From Pavona decussata (taxonomy: Eukaryota), in NCBI GenBank assembly GCA_977016875.1, contig CDRNST010000104.1, positions 5,394,001 to 5,458,000 on the forward strand: 64,000 bases of DNA, written 5' to 3'. The translations under genes were made by a program, and so were the position numbers. This document shows positions 37,210-49,635 of the stretch, piece by piece. The stretch's first letter is position 1; the number at the start of each line of letters is the position of its first letter. The notes under the pieces were generated by a model. It did no database searches. It had not been told where the DNA came from and saw only the letters and a program-made list of their open reading frames with translations.

Positions 37210-38060
37210 CCCTGAAGCACGCTCGACTTCATCGACTTCGGTTGTGGATTATATCTGATTATAAGAGACTTGCAGCGGGCAAACTGTCTGTGAAACTGTT
37301 GCGTTCTTTTAGCTCACTTTCCGGTAGAAAAATGATAAACAAAGGAACACGAACATTTCTCATAGTTCTGCAAGGCTTACATGTAAAAATTGGCTCCGAA
37401 ATATCAGCTGACTGTTGAGTTATGATACGTTTTCATCTTTCAATAAATTGTTCATGTTTTTTGTTGAATGCACTGGTTTTATTTCATAGTGATAATACAG
37501 GTATTAGCGACGGCGCCACATGTTGAAAGCAACAATTGCTTCGGAACGCCAGTGTTCCGGTGAACTGAAATGACAAATACATGCACAGTTCTGTTTCTTT
37601 ATGAAGTTTATGAGTAGTCTCAGAGCTTAAACGACCAGAATTAGCTCAAATAAAATAAATTACCCGCATATAAAGCCAAAACAAATCTGGCCACGCAAAC
37701 GACAGTAAACAGTCTGCGGTTTGCCGAATGGATTTCGGACGCGTGATTGGACAGAAATAACATTCCTGACATATTTCAGGTGTTCACGGTTTTCCCGGTC
37801 GCACTGTAACGTCGAAAGAGTTCACTGCGACGATTGTGAAAATCACCAATGATCAGGCAAATCGAGTCTTCTTCAGTTGGGCAAATCGATTTTCTGCTAA
37901 ACAACGGCAATTTGACAACAACCATCAGGTCGTCCTGTTTCTCCGGGAATATATTTTTATACCCGCTACAATAATTATTTCTAGCGTGCATGTCGACTAC
38001 AGATTGTCAGTTTTAAAAGAAATTACATCGGGTAAATCCTCTGACTCTGGGTTAAGTTAA

Positions 38061-38304
38061 AGGCCGCTGCACACTAGCCAATTTTTTCTCACCCGATGAA
38101 AAATCTTACTAAATGTTGGCTAGTGTGCAGTGAATTCAGACAAGTCTGCGACAAGATGGGGGCTTAATTGTCCAGCGATATCTGACAACGCTACGTTGTA
38201 GATCTCAAAATCTGTTGTCGGGCCTTGTCGGCTAGTGTGCGGCCGACCAAGACAATTTTGACTCCGATTCTACGACAAAAAAATCGGCTAGTGTGCAGCG
38301 GCCT
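38061..38304. mobile_element. PIF/Harbinger-like MITE
   Basis: TIR aggccgctgcacactagcc.atttttt; internal repeats of ggctagtgtgc; TSD degenerate. Confidence 0.75.
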
Positions 38305-38792
38305 TTCAGATTCTGTTTTCGAACTTCTGGTAAACAATTTTATGCAAATTTCTGGTGAAATTTGATCCACCGGCAATACATGTCAACTGAAGGCGGTGAA
38401 GCGTTTCGTGACGACCATTTATTTAGCACTGGGCCACTGTCTATCAACAGAGCTACCGAGCTGTAGCATATTTTTGTTTTCTTTGCTGTCAGAAAATAGC
38501 CTTGAGTTCCCCTGCTTCTACTTATGAGCATTAGTGATTATAAAAATAAAAGATGTTCCGATGTCAATACTAATTATTAATCATTACTCACCAAACTGGA
38601 GATGGATGGCAGGGGATATTTGCAGCTCAGTCAATATCTACCACTAATGCTGAGGTCAAAAATTATTTTCAGTCTTCGTGTGTACTTCATTGAATCTTTT
38701 TTAATTTCTTAAACTTTCTGGAATTATTCTGGAATTTTATTTCTTAAACTTTCTGGAATTACATTCTAACGGATGAAGAGCCACTTAGTGGA

Positions 38793-38943
38793 NNNNNNNN
38801 NNNNNNNNNNNNNNNNNNNNNNNNNNNNNNNNNNNNNNNNNNNNNNNNNNNNNNNNNNNNNNNNNNNNNNNNNNNNNNNNNNNNNNNNNNNNNNNNNNNN
38901 NNNNNNNNNNNNNNNNNNNNNNNNNNNNNNNNNNNNNNNNNNN
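38793..38943. other. Assembly gap (151 N)
   Basis: Run of N. Confidence 1.
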
Positions 38944-39496
38944 AAAAAAAAATTATTTTGTATGGTACTTAGCCTGGAGAATTATGATGCACCTCCATGA
39001 TACAATCCTATACTCGTTTCTTATTGCTGGACACTCTAAATTTGGCCCAGATCATTGCTTTGGGATGGTTAAAAGATCACACAAAGCCACCTATGTATCG
39101 TCCATTTACGAGCTGGCGCGCCTTGTCGAAAACTCAAGCAGCATTGGTGTCAACAAGGCACAGCTTGTGGGAACTCATGATGGGAGAGTCATAGTTCCAG
39201 TGTTCGCCTGGGCATCCTTTGTGGAACCGTACTTCAAGAGCATCCCCAATATAAAGAAGTACCACCACTTCCGATTTTCAAAGGACAGTCCAGGAATGGT
39301 TTTCTGCAAAGAGTTCGTCACAAGTCCCGAACAACCTTTTATGTTGTTAAAAGATCAAGCGAATCTCCCTCCTTCTGTTATTCAAACTACGATCAGCCCC
39401 GATGTTCTCTCGCAAGAGCGCAAGAATTAGCTATTCAGGGAGATACGCCAGTTTTGCAAGCCCGGTACAGAGGACTTAGTGGCACCAGCGCCTTGA
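38944..39496 (+). pseudogene. Sola1-type transposase C-terminal part
   Basis: WYLAWRIM...SFLIAGHSKFGPDHCFGMVKR...IPNIKKYHHFRF. Confidence 0.65.
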
Positions 39497-41629
39497 ACTG
39501 TCTGAATTGATGACGAGCTTTCAATAAAGCTTTATTATGACCAATTATTTTTAGGTATCAAGGATGATTGATGTAATTAATTAAAAATTGCAGTATAGAG
39601 TTCAATTCATCTTTCATGCACAAACTGTAACAACTCACATTAAATTCAATGTTGATTTTAATTTCATGTTCAACGTCTGAATGTATTTATAGCAAACTTG
39701 TACCGAAGATAACGAACGTGAAGCACGACTGAATTAAAGTGCCCATAAAATACTAAAAAAGTGCGAGCTTCCAGTTCTTACAATGCACTTTTATCGTAAC
39801 TAAAAATTTGCGACACTGGAAAATAAAAATAGAAAACCTGAGAAATCAAAGGCAATTTTCTACTGTGCTCCCGACTCATATGAAAAGTGCAAGTTCACCG
39901 CGTTTGGCCTAACACCAGTGGTTACCAAGACAACGCTGTCAAAAAAGTCAGTTGTGTTGTGTTACCCGTCACGCGCGATGGAATGATCGAATGCAAAACA
40001 AGCTTCGCGGGTGAGTAGGTCAGTGAAAACAATACGCGAAAGCGGAAATGCATGTTGAAATGAATGGCTTACAGTGTTGGAGTTTTTTTTTCGCCACAGC
40101 AACGGAATATTTTCTCTCCGCATTCCGTGTTTAACCCCACAAAAATAACATTTGTTGTAAATTTAAACATAAACAAGCACACATCAAAGAGTAACAAAAT
40201 GCTGAATTTTTGGTCGGTCTCGCAGATCATTTGCATACAACACCAGTAGATGACTACCTGTTTAAAGGTTATTATTATTTTTTGATCGTAAGTGATTTAA
40301 TGGTTTTTCCGTATATCCAGTGATCACTCTGCATTCAAAGTTGTTTCCTTGCCCATTCAAATGTTCACAGCTTCAGTGTTTACCGGTAACCAGCGATACT
40401 TCTTGTCATTTTAATGGATGCTAACATTGTTTTTCTTATGGATGGCGCTTACGGAGTGTGCCGGGCTGCTCGTTTAGTAAAATGGATGTTAAAATTTTCT
40501 TAATGGATAGCACTTGCCGTTTAATTCTTGTACGGATAGTACATATTACGCGAGGTTTGATTTCAGTTCTATTGCGGACTTTTAAGGTGATTTGTTACTG
40601 TTTCATTTTTTCCTCAAGGCGCCTACTACATCAGTTGCACTGACTGAAATTCTTGTCTAAAACATCGGTTACAAGATCTTATGGAACAAGCTGAGCGCGT
40701 TGGAATCACGTAAAGCGAGAAGAGGGCAATCCGTACAAAAACATTTTTTGTCACAATCTTAAAAAAAAAGAGAAAGAAAAAATGTACAAAATTAATTATT
40801 GTTATTGTTATGGTAGTGCAACTGGGTGCAAAAGAAAATTAGGCAATCAAAATGTTAATTGAGAATAACGAATAACAACTTTTTTGTTAACTGATGAAAA
40901 AAATGTCAAACAAGTTTTGAAGTTAAATTGTTTGAGTCAAATCAATACATTTTACCATCAAAGATGGATCTGTATAGTAAATTAAGGCAAGTATAGAGGA
41001 GTTCATAATATACAAATTGATGCAAAACAAGTTCTTAGTAGTTCTTAGCAAGAATAAATTGCTTCAAGTTTGAAGAGCACGTATAGCCTCCAGGCTTTAT
41101 TATAATCTCAATATTTTGCTTGGTCAATTTTCTTCTAAGTGGCCCAGTTCAAGTGTCATGAGAGACATGTATGCTTAAACAATTTTATTTCAGATTGCAC
41201 TGCATTGGTAGTTGTTGTGACAAGTATACACTTAAGTATGGTTGTCATGTTCTTTGCTGTGGGGTTCTCTCACTTTAGCTCATTCATACCACTATTTCAA
41301 TTTTATGATGTTTTGAAACTCATGGCACTTTATACTGAAGAGAGATTGGCCAGGAACTTGGCCCTGGTTAAAGTATTTTCACAATGAATGATAAATATAT
41401 TGTAAATTTTATTAACAAGATCAATATTTTATGAAAGTTCCCACATTGCAAATATTGTTTCCTTGATCCTTGATAGTTATAAAATTTTTATTAGTAGAAA
41501 TTTGGATATTTAAAAATGTAGCAGCCTTTTTGTACGTTTATTTGACACATGTTTAAAACTAATGGTATTGTTTCAGTTAAGAATGAAAATAAATCTCTGT
41601 TAGCAGTCATAATGACATTTGTGTTTGCT

Positions 41630-41987
41630 TTGTATAGAATTGTTCCATGTTATATATAAAGGTATACAAAATGTATACTTTGATGCCAGCAACACGGAGG
41701 AAACCAGAAAACCTCAATTCTACAACAAGTATACTTTATGTATATGTATACAAAAAGTATACTTCTTGTGGTGTTTTCTGGGGACAAAATGTGTATACTA
41801 TAAGTATATGCTTTTTTTTGTGAGGTATAGTTTTTGTATACTTCAAGGTGTTCCAAATTACTAATACAAAAAGTATACATCGAGTGTATACTAAAAGTAT
41901 ACATGTAGTATACCTCTAGTATACCTAGTGTAGTATACTTCATGTACATAATGTGTATACTAAAAGTATAGTTCGTTTTGTTAAGGG
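41630..41987. repeat. Right end of an EnSpm-like element with AGTATAC subterminal repeats
   Basis: Dense agtatac/gtatact motifs ending ...aagtatagttcgttttgttaaggg. Confidence 0.55.
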
Positions 41988-41989
41988 TA

Positions 41990-43505
41990 GTGAACTGTTT
42001 GGGGATGATCTGACTGAATGCCTAAAAGTGGTCACGGAGAGTAACAGGGCATCAAAACGGCTTCCAGGCCATCAATAGAAAACCTACTCAAGATCTTACC
42101 AATATGGAAGGCAGAACTACTTGAAACCTTTTTACCAGGGCAAAGGGGCCGCTATTACGGGGGGCGGTCCCAATGCCAGCATGAAGGCAGAAACAGCCCA
42201 GCTTACCCCAACTGACCCAGTCAGACTCAGACAAAGAAGGCAGGTCCTACAAGGACTACCTAATGCCTGATCAAACACATGTAAGCGGTGTTTCTTATGA
42301 GACAGAGCTTGAAGTGTGATTCATCTGAAACACCTCCATTTTTTGCTGGTAGCACTAGAACTCGTATGTATAACTGGTGGCAGATTAGTTCTGATAGAAG
42401 CATCCTAACAGCTGTCTCGGGTTTAAAATTGAGTTTGGCTCGGTTTTACCAATCCAATTTGGCACTCCCAGGCCAACAAACTTGTTTGAATTACAGACTG
42501 TTAGTTTGGATTTACAAATAGGTAAATTCCTTGAGAAAGGAATCATTGTAGAAAGTGCAGATGAATCAGATGAATTCATTTCAAATGTGTTTTTACGGGA
42601 AAAGAAAGATGGCTCTTATAGGATGATATTAAATCTCAAAAACTTAAACCAATGGGTGACATGTCATCATTTCAAAATGGATACTATTCATACTTGTATA
42701 CGCCTGATAAAACCTGGCTGTTATATGGCATCCATAGATCTTAGGGATGCTTATTTTTCCATCCCTGTTCATGTCAACCATCAGAAATATTTAAAATTTT
42801 TACGGAAAGGTGGACTTTGTCAATTTACTTGCCTACCTCAGGGTTTAGGCTGTTCACCCAGGGTGTACACAAAAGTGATGAAACCAGCCTTTTCCTATCT
42901 AAGAGAGAGGGGTCATGTATCAAGTGGTTACATTGATGACACATTCCTACAAGGTGGTAATTACCACCTGTGTCGGGAGAATGTCCATGCCACTCTGAAG
43001 TTATTTAGGGACCTTGGTTTCTGGCCCTATGACCTTAGGCTGTTACAGATCCAACTCAAATCCTGAAGCACTTAGGCTTTGTCTTGAACTCGTTAGTTAT
43101 GACCGTGTCTTTATCTGATGAAAAGTTTGACAAACTCTACCAACTTGCTCACAAAATTCTGGAGTTAAAGGAAGTGAGCATCCGCTTGGTAGCAAGCCTG
43201 GTTGGTATTATGGTATCATTTTTTTCCTGGGGTAGAATATGGTCAATTATACTATCGCCAGATTGAAATAGAGAAGACTATAGCCCTTAAAAGAACTAAA
43301 GGTGATTTGGACCGAAACATGGTCCTTTCTGATAAGGCTAAGACTGATATCCACTGGTGGATAAACCACGCAAAGAATTCCAAAAAGAAAATCAATCATG
43401 GAAATGCTACCACGATCTTGCATATTGATGCGTCAAATCAGGGTTGGGGCGCTAATACAGGACAAAGTAATATCGGTGGCCGTTGGTCCCCAAAAGAACA
43501 ACTCA
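41990..43505 (+). mobile_element. Second DIRS element fragment (gag end, RT, RNase H start)
   Basis: KKDGSYRMILNLK, FKMDT, MASIDLRDAY, CLPQGL, YIDD, DASNQGWGA. Confidence 0.88.
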
Positions 43506-44810
43506 TGCAAGGGAAACAAAGTACAGTATGAGCTTAACAACTCTTTACTTAGTGGACGGTGCCATTAAGAACATCTCAAAAGGAAACCTTTCAACAGCGA
43601 TTTCCGAACTTGAATCGGTAAAGACACTTATTACAAAACGAAACAAGCTTATTCGCTTTGTGGATAAGAGTCCTGCGGGCTGGACAGCCGTTGAAGAGTA
43701 CGAATCAGATGAGTTGGCACAGGATTCTAACGATGAAAAGAGGCTTTGTTCAGCAGAAAGACAGGCATTGGCCAAGATCCGCAGCAGAAGCGTAGGAATT
43801 CGTCTCCCCAACCTAGCTATACAAGTACCTGTCAGCCATGGAGTGGAGTTTCTACTGCTGGTTCTTCCAATACTCTTCCTGTTAATCAGCAGCTTTTTCG
43901 TGGGCAGTCCTTTCGCGAGCCTCGCCCTCAACCTTTGGACAAGTGCTTCAGTTGCGGACAGAGAGGTCATTGGGGCAAATTCAACTTCCTGCCCCAGCCC
44001 CCTTAGAGGAACCATTGCAGTCCCTTCAAGCAGCAAGGCCGCAAACTGACGACAAACACAATGTTGCATTACAGAGATTAGGGAAAGATGAGTATAATTC
44101 ACTGCATTTGGTTACATGTTTAAATGACTTTGATCCAGTGGAACTTTTCGAGAACTCTGTTGATGCGTCTGATTTATCTACTGATGTAATAAGTCCTGAA
44201 TATCAGGAGGGGGTTCCTATCGTTAAAGTTAAAGGTAGTCTTAAGTGCAATGTAGCTTTTTGGGAGCATATTGGTGCTTCTTCGTTTCATTCACGATACC
44301 ATTGTATATGGGTATAAGATCCCCTTTATTTACACTCCACCCGCAGTGAGCTTTGGCAATAATCGATCTGCCATTCAGCATAGCGAATTTGTGGAACAAG
44401 CTATTTCTGATCTTCTTATAGCAGCTTAAGCTTTTCCTGGTCTAAGGATGGAGTTGTTCGATTTTATAAATTTACTGTTTTGCCATTCAGTATTTCTACC
44501 GGGCCTTATATTTTTACAAAAGTTCTAAGGCCTTAATACGTTATTGGCGTCTCCAGGCTATTAGAATGGTTGTTTATTTCAATGATGGCCTAGGCGTATG
44601 TCCAACATTTCTTGACTGTTATTCCCAGTCTATGGCTGTGAAATCAGATTTGTCCCAAGCGGGCTTTATAGCTAATAGTGTTAAAAGCATATGGGTCCCA
44701 GTTCAGTCTCTCAGATGGTTGGGCTATCAATGGAATTTAAAGCATAATTTGTTATTTATGCCTGTGGAGAAAATCGACAGGCTACTAGCGAGTGTTGACA
44801 TTGTGCTCCT
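43506..44810 (+). mobile_element. Ngaro-type tyrosine-recombinase retrotransposon fragment
   Basis: KRNKLIRFVDKSPAGWTAVEEYESDELAQDSNDEKR, CFSCGQRGHW knuckle, VKGSLK...FWEHIGAS, FTVLPF...YIFTKV, degenerate YxDDG (YFNDG). Confidence 0.75.
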
Positions 44811-46001
44811 GTATGCAAATGACCAGGAGTTATCGGCTTTTAAGGCTCTTCTTATTAACGAAAATGTAGAAGAGGCAAAGAGAATATTCACGAGTAAGCT
44901 TGAGGTATTCAGAGACGAGATTAGAACTTCCCTCACTCACTGTGGGATCTGTCAAGTCTATTTCTGTGTCCGAACCCAGTTAGTATTCCACAGTGCTAAT
45001 GCACATGGAAGATCTTAACATTAATTCAAATGTTGCTGACATTCAGGGTTGAGCACAGTATGTCATTAAAAAAAAAGATGATGTTCATTTCCCTGCATTT
45101 TGTCACTTCTTATTTGCTATTTTAAGATGACTAAGTAGACAGATGCAGCGGAACGATATTATTCTTCCCAATGTCGTATCTTATCGGAAGGAATCCAAGC
45201 TGCGCGTTGAATGCCTCACAAGTCGTCCTGTTCCAGATGGCCATTTAGAAAACTTGCCAAAGAAGGTGAACAAGGGGCAATCATTCCAGGGTGTGGTTCT
45301 CAGAGGCACGCTTGAGGGAAAAGCAACATGTGGGGGACTTACAACAGGCAGCCTTAAGTCTGAAAGTAAGACTGTAGTGAATCTCTGCATTAAAGGCCTA
45401 AGCGAGAGGTCTGACATTTTGCTGCATTTTGCTGCAGTAACTGAGTGTCAACCATCCATTAAAACACCAACAACTGTTTATGATCCCAAAGAGGTTGTCA
45501 GAGATTTGCTCATCTTCAATGTGGATGTTCTGCCTACACGCAGGGGTGACCTCATGGACTATGGGAGGGTGGAGATCCAACACCTGATTGACTGGTTCAA
45601 AGTGCCTTTAGAAAGATCTGAATGCAATGTACAGAACATCCATGACCAGTGGGTTTCCCTGAAGGTCAGTGAATAGCCAATTTTGTAAGAAGGATTACGC
45701 CGCCCTCTGGGAAACGTTGTTGACCAAATCGTCGTACGAGGACTTCGCAGATGTTTTACATCTAGTGGAGATTTTTCTTGTACTGCCAATTTTGGCAGCA
45801 CAGTGTGAACGAGCTGTGTCATCGCCGTATCGGATTAAATCCAGTACCAGAGCAACCCTTAATGTGGTGGTATTAGAGGACTTGATCCGTCTGCCTTCCG
45901 AGGGCCCACCTGTGGCTGACTTTGACCCAGCTCCTGCAGTTAACCGTCGGTTTGAACGGAACAAATCAAAAGGTGAACGCTCGAGGAGACCTAAATTATG
46001 A
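44811..46001 (+). pseudogene. hAT transposase relic (ZNF862-like C-terminal dimerisation region)
   Basis: LVEIFLVLPILAAQCERAVS...IKSSTRATL...LEDLIRL..EGPPVADFDP. Confidence 0.75.
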
Positions 46002-46454
46002 TACTGAATACAAAACTCTTGCTTTCGGATTTACTAAAATGCACTTATCTGATTTAGTATACAAGCAGGCTCACTTGTTTGGGGTATCTTGTATGACGCC
46101 GGCTTTACCAGCTTGCAAATGTGGCCCTCATGCGCAATAGTCATACCGCCAACAATTGCACTTGATCGCATTAAATGCTCATGGCATCGTTTTTATTTAC
46201 ATAACTATGTAATCGCTTTTTTGAGTAGCTTACTGCCACACTGTAGTTTGAAATCAAGGGGCTTCTCTTCAAAAGAAACAAACATAATAAATAGCTTTGA
46301 TTATGGAAGATGTTTTACTCATCAACTTTTGTACAATAGGATTTAACGGGCAGTGTCAAGCGTTACTTACGTGTGTCCTTCAAATTTTATGAGTAGAGTA
46401 GGGTAACTCATGCTATAGTTTTAAAATATTTTTATACATTATACCTAAGTTGTC

Positions 46455-46692
46455 TAGAAATCTGATGATTCACCTGTGTTGCTCACAAAAAGCGAGATCA
46501 GAGCCATCAACAAGCTTATCTTTTCTGCTGTGACGAAAACGATGAAGATCGACAGAATGGATACTCAGTTTGATGCATGTGATGTGGATCTGAGTGTAGT
46601 ACTGGTGTGGGCCATCCGAAAACAATGCCTCTTCTCAAGTGACACTGAGAATATGGAATTTAATATCAAGCTTGATGGCCGTCTTCTTGGAG
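46455..46692 (+). pseudogene. Isolated exon of a putative DDE transposase
   Basis: ...MEFNIKLDGRLLG followed by a gtatgt donor. Confidence 0.35.
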
Positions 46693-46994
46693 GTATGTAT
46701 GTTGTGGTTTCCTTCCTTATTTATTTTGGTTTTCAGTAAATTTTACAAACCAGTTAATTGTTATTTCCCTTAGTGTAGTATTCATTACATAATCTGAGAT
46801 AAAGGGAAGTGACCGAACTGGTTTGAAAATTTTTAAGCCAAAAATTTTTTTGAACCACAACATGTACAAGTATTTTTGGCCTGTATCCTTTGTGACAACA
46901 ATTGAAGGAGTAATTAACTGCTATCAAATCAATTGCTTGGCCTCGAAACTTTAAACTTTTAAGACTAACGTTAATATTTGCAATTTCATTTTGT

Positions 46995-46995
46995 T

Positions 46996-47026
<31 letters not shown>

Positions 47027-47590
47027 TTCACCACGACATACAAACATAGAAAGTTACAATGAATAATAGACTAGGATTACAAGTACATAAGTTTAGAGTA
47101 AATAAAAAAAATAGTAAAAGAAGTAAGAAGTGGCGAGGAGACCTCAAGAAACCCCCGGGCTTATACTGAGAGGTCTCCTCGGAGATATGTTGGGACTTAA
47201 AGACCAGTAAAGACATTGTGTTGAGATTTTTTAACATACGGTGGTGGTAAGACTATAAAAACATAACAGAGTCGGACGTTTCATGCAATTAACTGAGGAA
47301 ATCAAGAAGCTTTCTTTTGAAGGTGGATAGACTAGGGGAAGACGTAATTGATAATGGCAAAGCATTCCATATTTTTGGCCCTCTATAGAGTATAGTAAAT
47401 TGCTTGATATTAGTTCGGCAGGTGTGAGGTCGAAAATGAGCTGAGGTTCTGGTATCATAATTATGAATTTGACCACCAGTCGGAAATAAATTTAGAAAGG
47501 GCGAAGGCAGCAAACGTTGGTGATAGGAAAACATAAATTTTGCAATATAAAAGGAATTCACTTTAAAAATTAGGCAAGAAGAAGTTTTTT
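46995..47590 (-). mobile_element. LINE (CR1/L2) 3' end with (TAAA)n tail
   Basis: HNYDTR...YRGPKIWNALP...FKRKL; tail at ~46995-47028. Confidence 0.85.
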
Positions 47591-47609
47591 TACCATGGAT
47601 GTGGCTGAA

Positions 47610-49635
47610 AAAGTATTGACATGACATCATGGGCAAAAGAGAAGAGAAATTGGATAATAGTGGTTTGCAATTTATTCAACCAAATGTTTGGAAATGAATT
47701 CTTGGTGTACACATACACTAGTGATCATGGTACCCAAGTTAGTGATGAAGATTTATCAGGACTGCAGGAGCATGATCATGATTATTGGGAAGTCCAATAC
47801 GCCAATCTTGCCCTGAATGATGAAAAGGAATCATCCACCGAAGAAAGTGAAAAAGATAATTTTTGTAAACCAAGACCTTTAAACTCTGACTTGCCAAGTG
47901 ATGTTCCTGCAAGCCTGTTCCCTGCCAATTTGGTCAATGACCAACAAGATGATATTCCTGCAAGTGCGATTGAAAATTTCCAGAGTCCAAGTTCACTGAA
48001 GCCTAAACATCTAAAGCATGAGGACTCTGATGACTGCAGAATTGAGAATGTATCACCACATGGTCTTGCCAAGGCTGCCGTCTCCAACACAGGAACTGGT
48101 GCATGTGCTCCCTCACAGAATAATTAACAATTAGATTATGAGCTCGAGATTTCTATCGCGTGATAGCTGATGAGGGCGCAGCCCGAATCAGCTATCATGC
48201 ATAGAAATCGAGAGCGAATAATCTAATTGTTTTGTTCTAAATCTACTAGCCGTTCAAAACTAATCAAGTAAATTATCTATATCTTCATCGCAGGCACTTC
48301 GAAAACGCAACGAAGCGGCCGCCATTTTGTTGAAAACCGCTACCCACTATCTATCACAGAATAGATAGCGAGTAGCGTAGCCAATCAGAGAACGGCATTC
48401 GTGATAGAACACTAGTAGATTTATACTAATGCCCCTTAGAACTCTGTTCTAAAGTGTCCGAGTAACCAACCACCTGAGCAGGTAACTTGTGAAGACACAA
48501 TTGATGATGTAACAGCAGAATCGCTTTCTAGTGGATATTCCTGTTTGCCTTCAGTCACTGGAGGGCAATTTGATGGATCAAACCAGTCTGTCCTACGCAA
48601 TGTCCTCTCAATGGAGGAAGCCACCACAAGAGCTGAACAAGCTGCATTGTTCAAACTAATACCACCTACATTAAGTAAACCATCCTCTGGTATCCGTCCA
48701 GTTTATGAAGCTACATCTTCAACAAATTCAGATCCTCTCACATTGAATGTGCACCCTTGTAAAAATATTGTCAAGGAAGCTCAAAGCTTCTTGATGACGA
48801 AAAGGACAAGGGAATTAAACAATCCATCTGGTATCAACAAAGAGGGAATTGGGCAGTTCTCTGAAGCTGGCCTATCAGTCTTGAAACAGTTTTGCTCTCT
48901 AGGTAGTACTAGATCCAAGGTATGTTGTGAGGCAAACTGGCTCAACCAGTTGTGGTGTTCATCACAAGATTTAGCGAGGATTCAGCAAGCCCTTTGGCAC
49001 CAATCATGCACTGATATAATCCTTAGGTTCAGCAAGAATCTGCAGATCTTGCATTGGAAAGATATATCGACAGTTTTGTGATAGACATTTCCATTGGAAA
49101 GTACTTAGAGGAAGCAAGAACGAATGGAAATGGGAACAAACTTTACTTTCCTTGACAAGTTTTTGAGTGGATGAAGGCAGTCGACAAAAAATTCAAGAAA
49201 ATGCGAGTGGCCAGAACAGCATCCGAATTGAAGAATTTCAACACCCTCCAGCAAATGTTAGTGCCAGTCCATATGCCAAACCATTGGGGTTTAAATTACA
49301 TTGATTTGCTGAATATGGAGATGTACTTTGATGATGGACTAAGATATGTCCCCCCACTTACAGATTTCTTGGAATTGCTAACAGAAATGCATCCATCTCA
49401 TGCAACCCTCCAAACAAGTTCTGGGTAAACTGCAACCACTTCAAACTATTTGGACTGCCATATCAAAGTGCAAATGGTTCCAAGATAGTTGATGCTGGGA
49501 GCTGTGGAATTGGTGTTATCATGGCAGCAAGAGACTTCCTGGAGAAGGGCCCTTCATGTATCAACAGCTTTAAGTGGAAATATAGTGACATGGACTTGCA
49601 TCGGAAAAACCTCATGCTTCAGATTCTTGATTAGG
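47610..49635 (+). pseudogene. Ulp1/C48 SUMO-protease-like gene relic
   Basis: YIDSFVID, LVPVHMPNHWGL.YID...YFDDGL and Q...DAGSCGIGVIMAARDF (H-D-Q-C order); stops and frameshifts. Confidence 0.72.
48120..48432. repeat. Hairpin-bearing non-autonomous element (Crypton-like)
   Basis: ~105-bp imperfect palindrome acaattagatta...gggcgcagccc...taatctaattgt plus inverted atctactag/ctagtagat; interrupts the Ulp1-like frame. Confidence 0.6.

Larger units (their letters stand above)
33751..37806 (+). mobile_element. 4.06-kb IS630/Tc1-family transposon with two cargo genes
   Basis: 46-bp TIRs cagtgcgaccgggaaaaccgtgaacacct(a/g)aaatatgtcaggaatg (1 mismatch); TA at 33749-33750 and 37807-37808. Confidence 0.93.
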
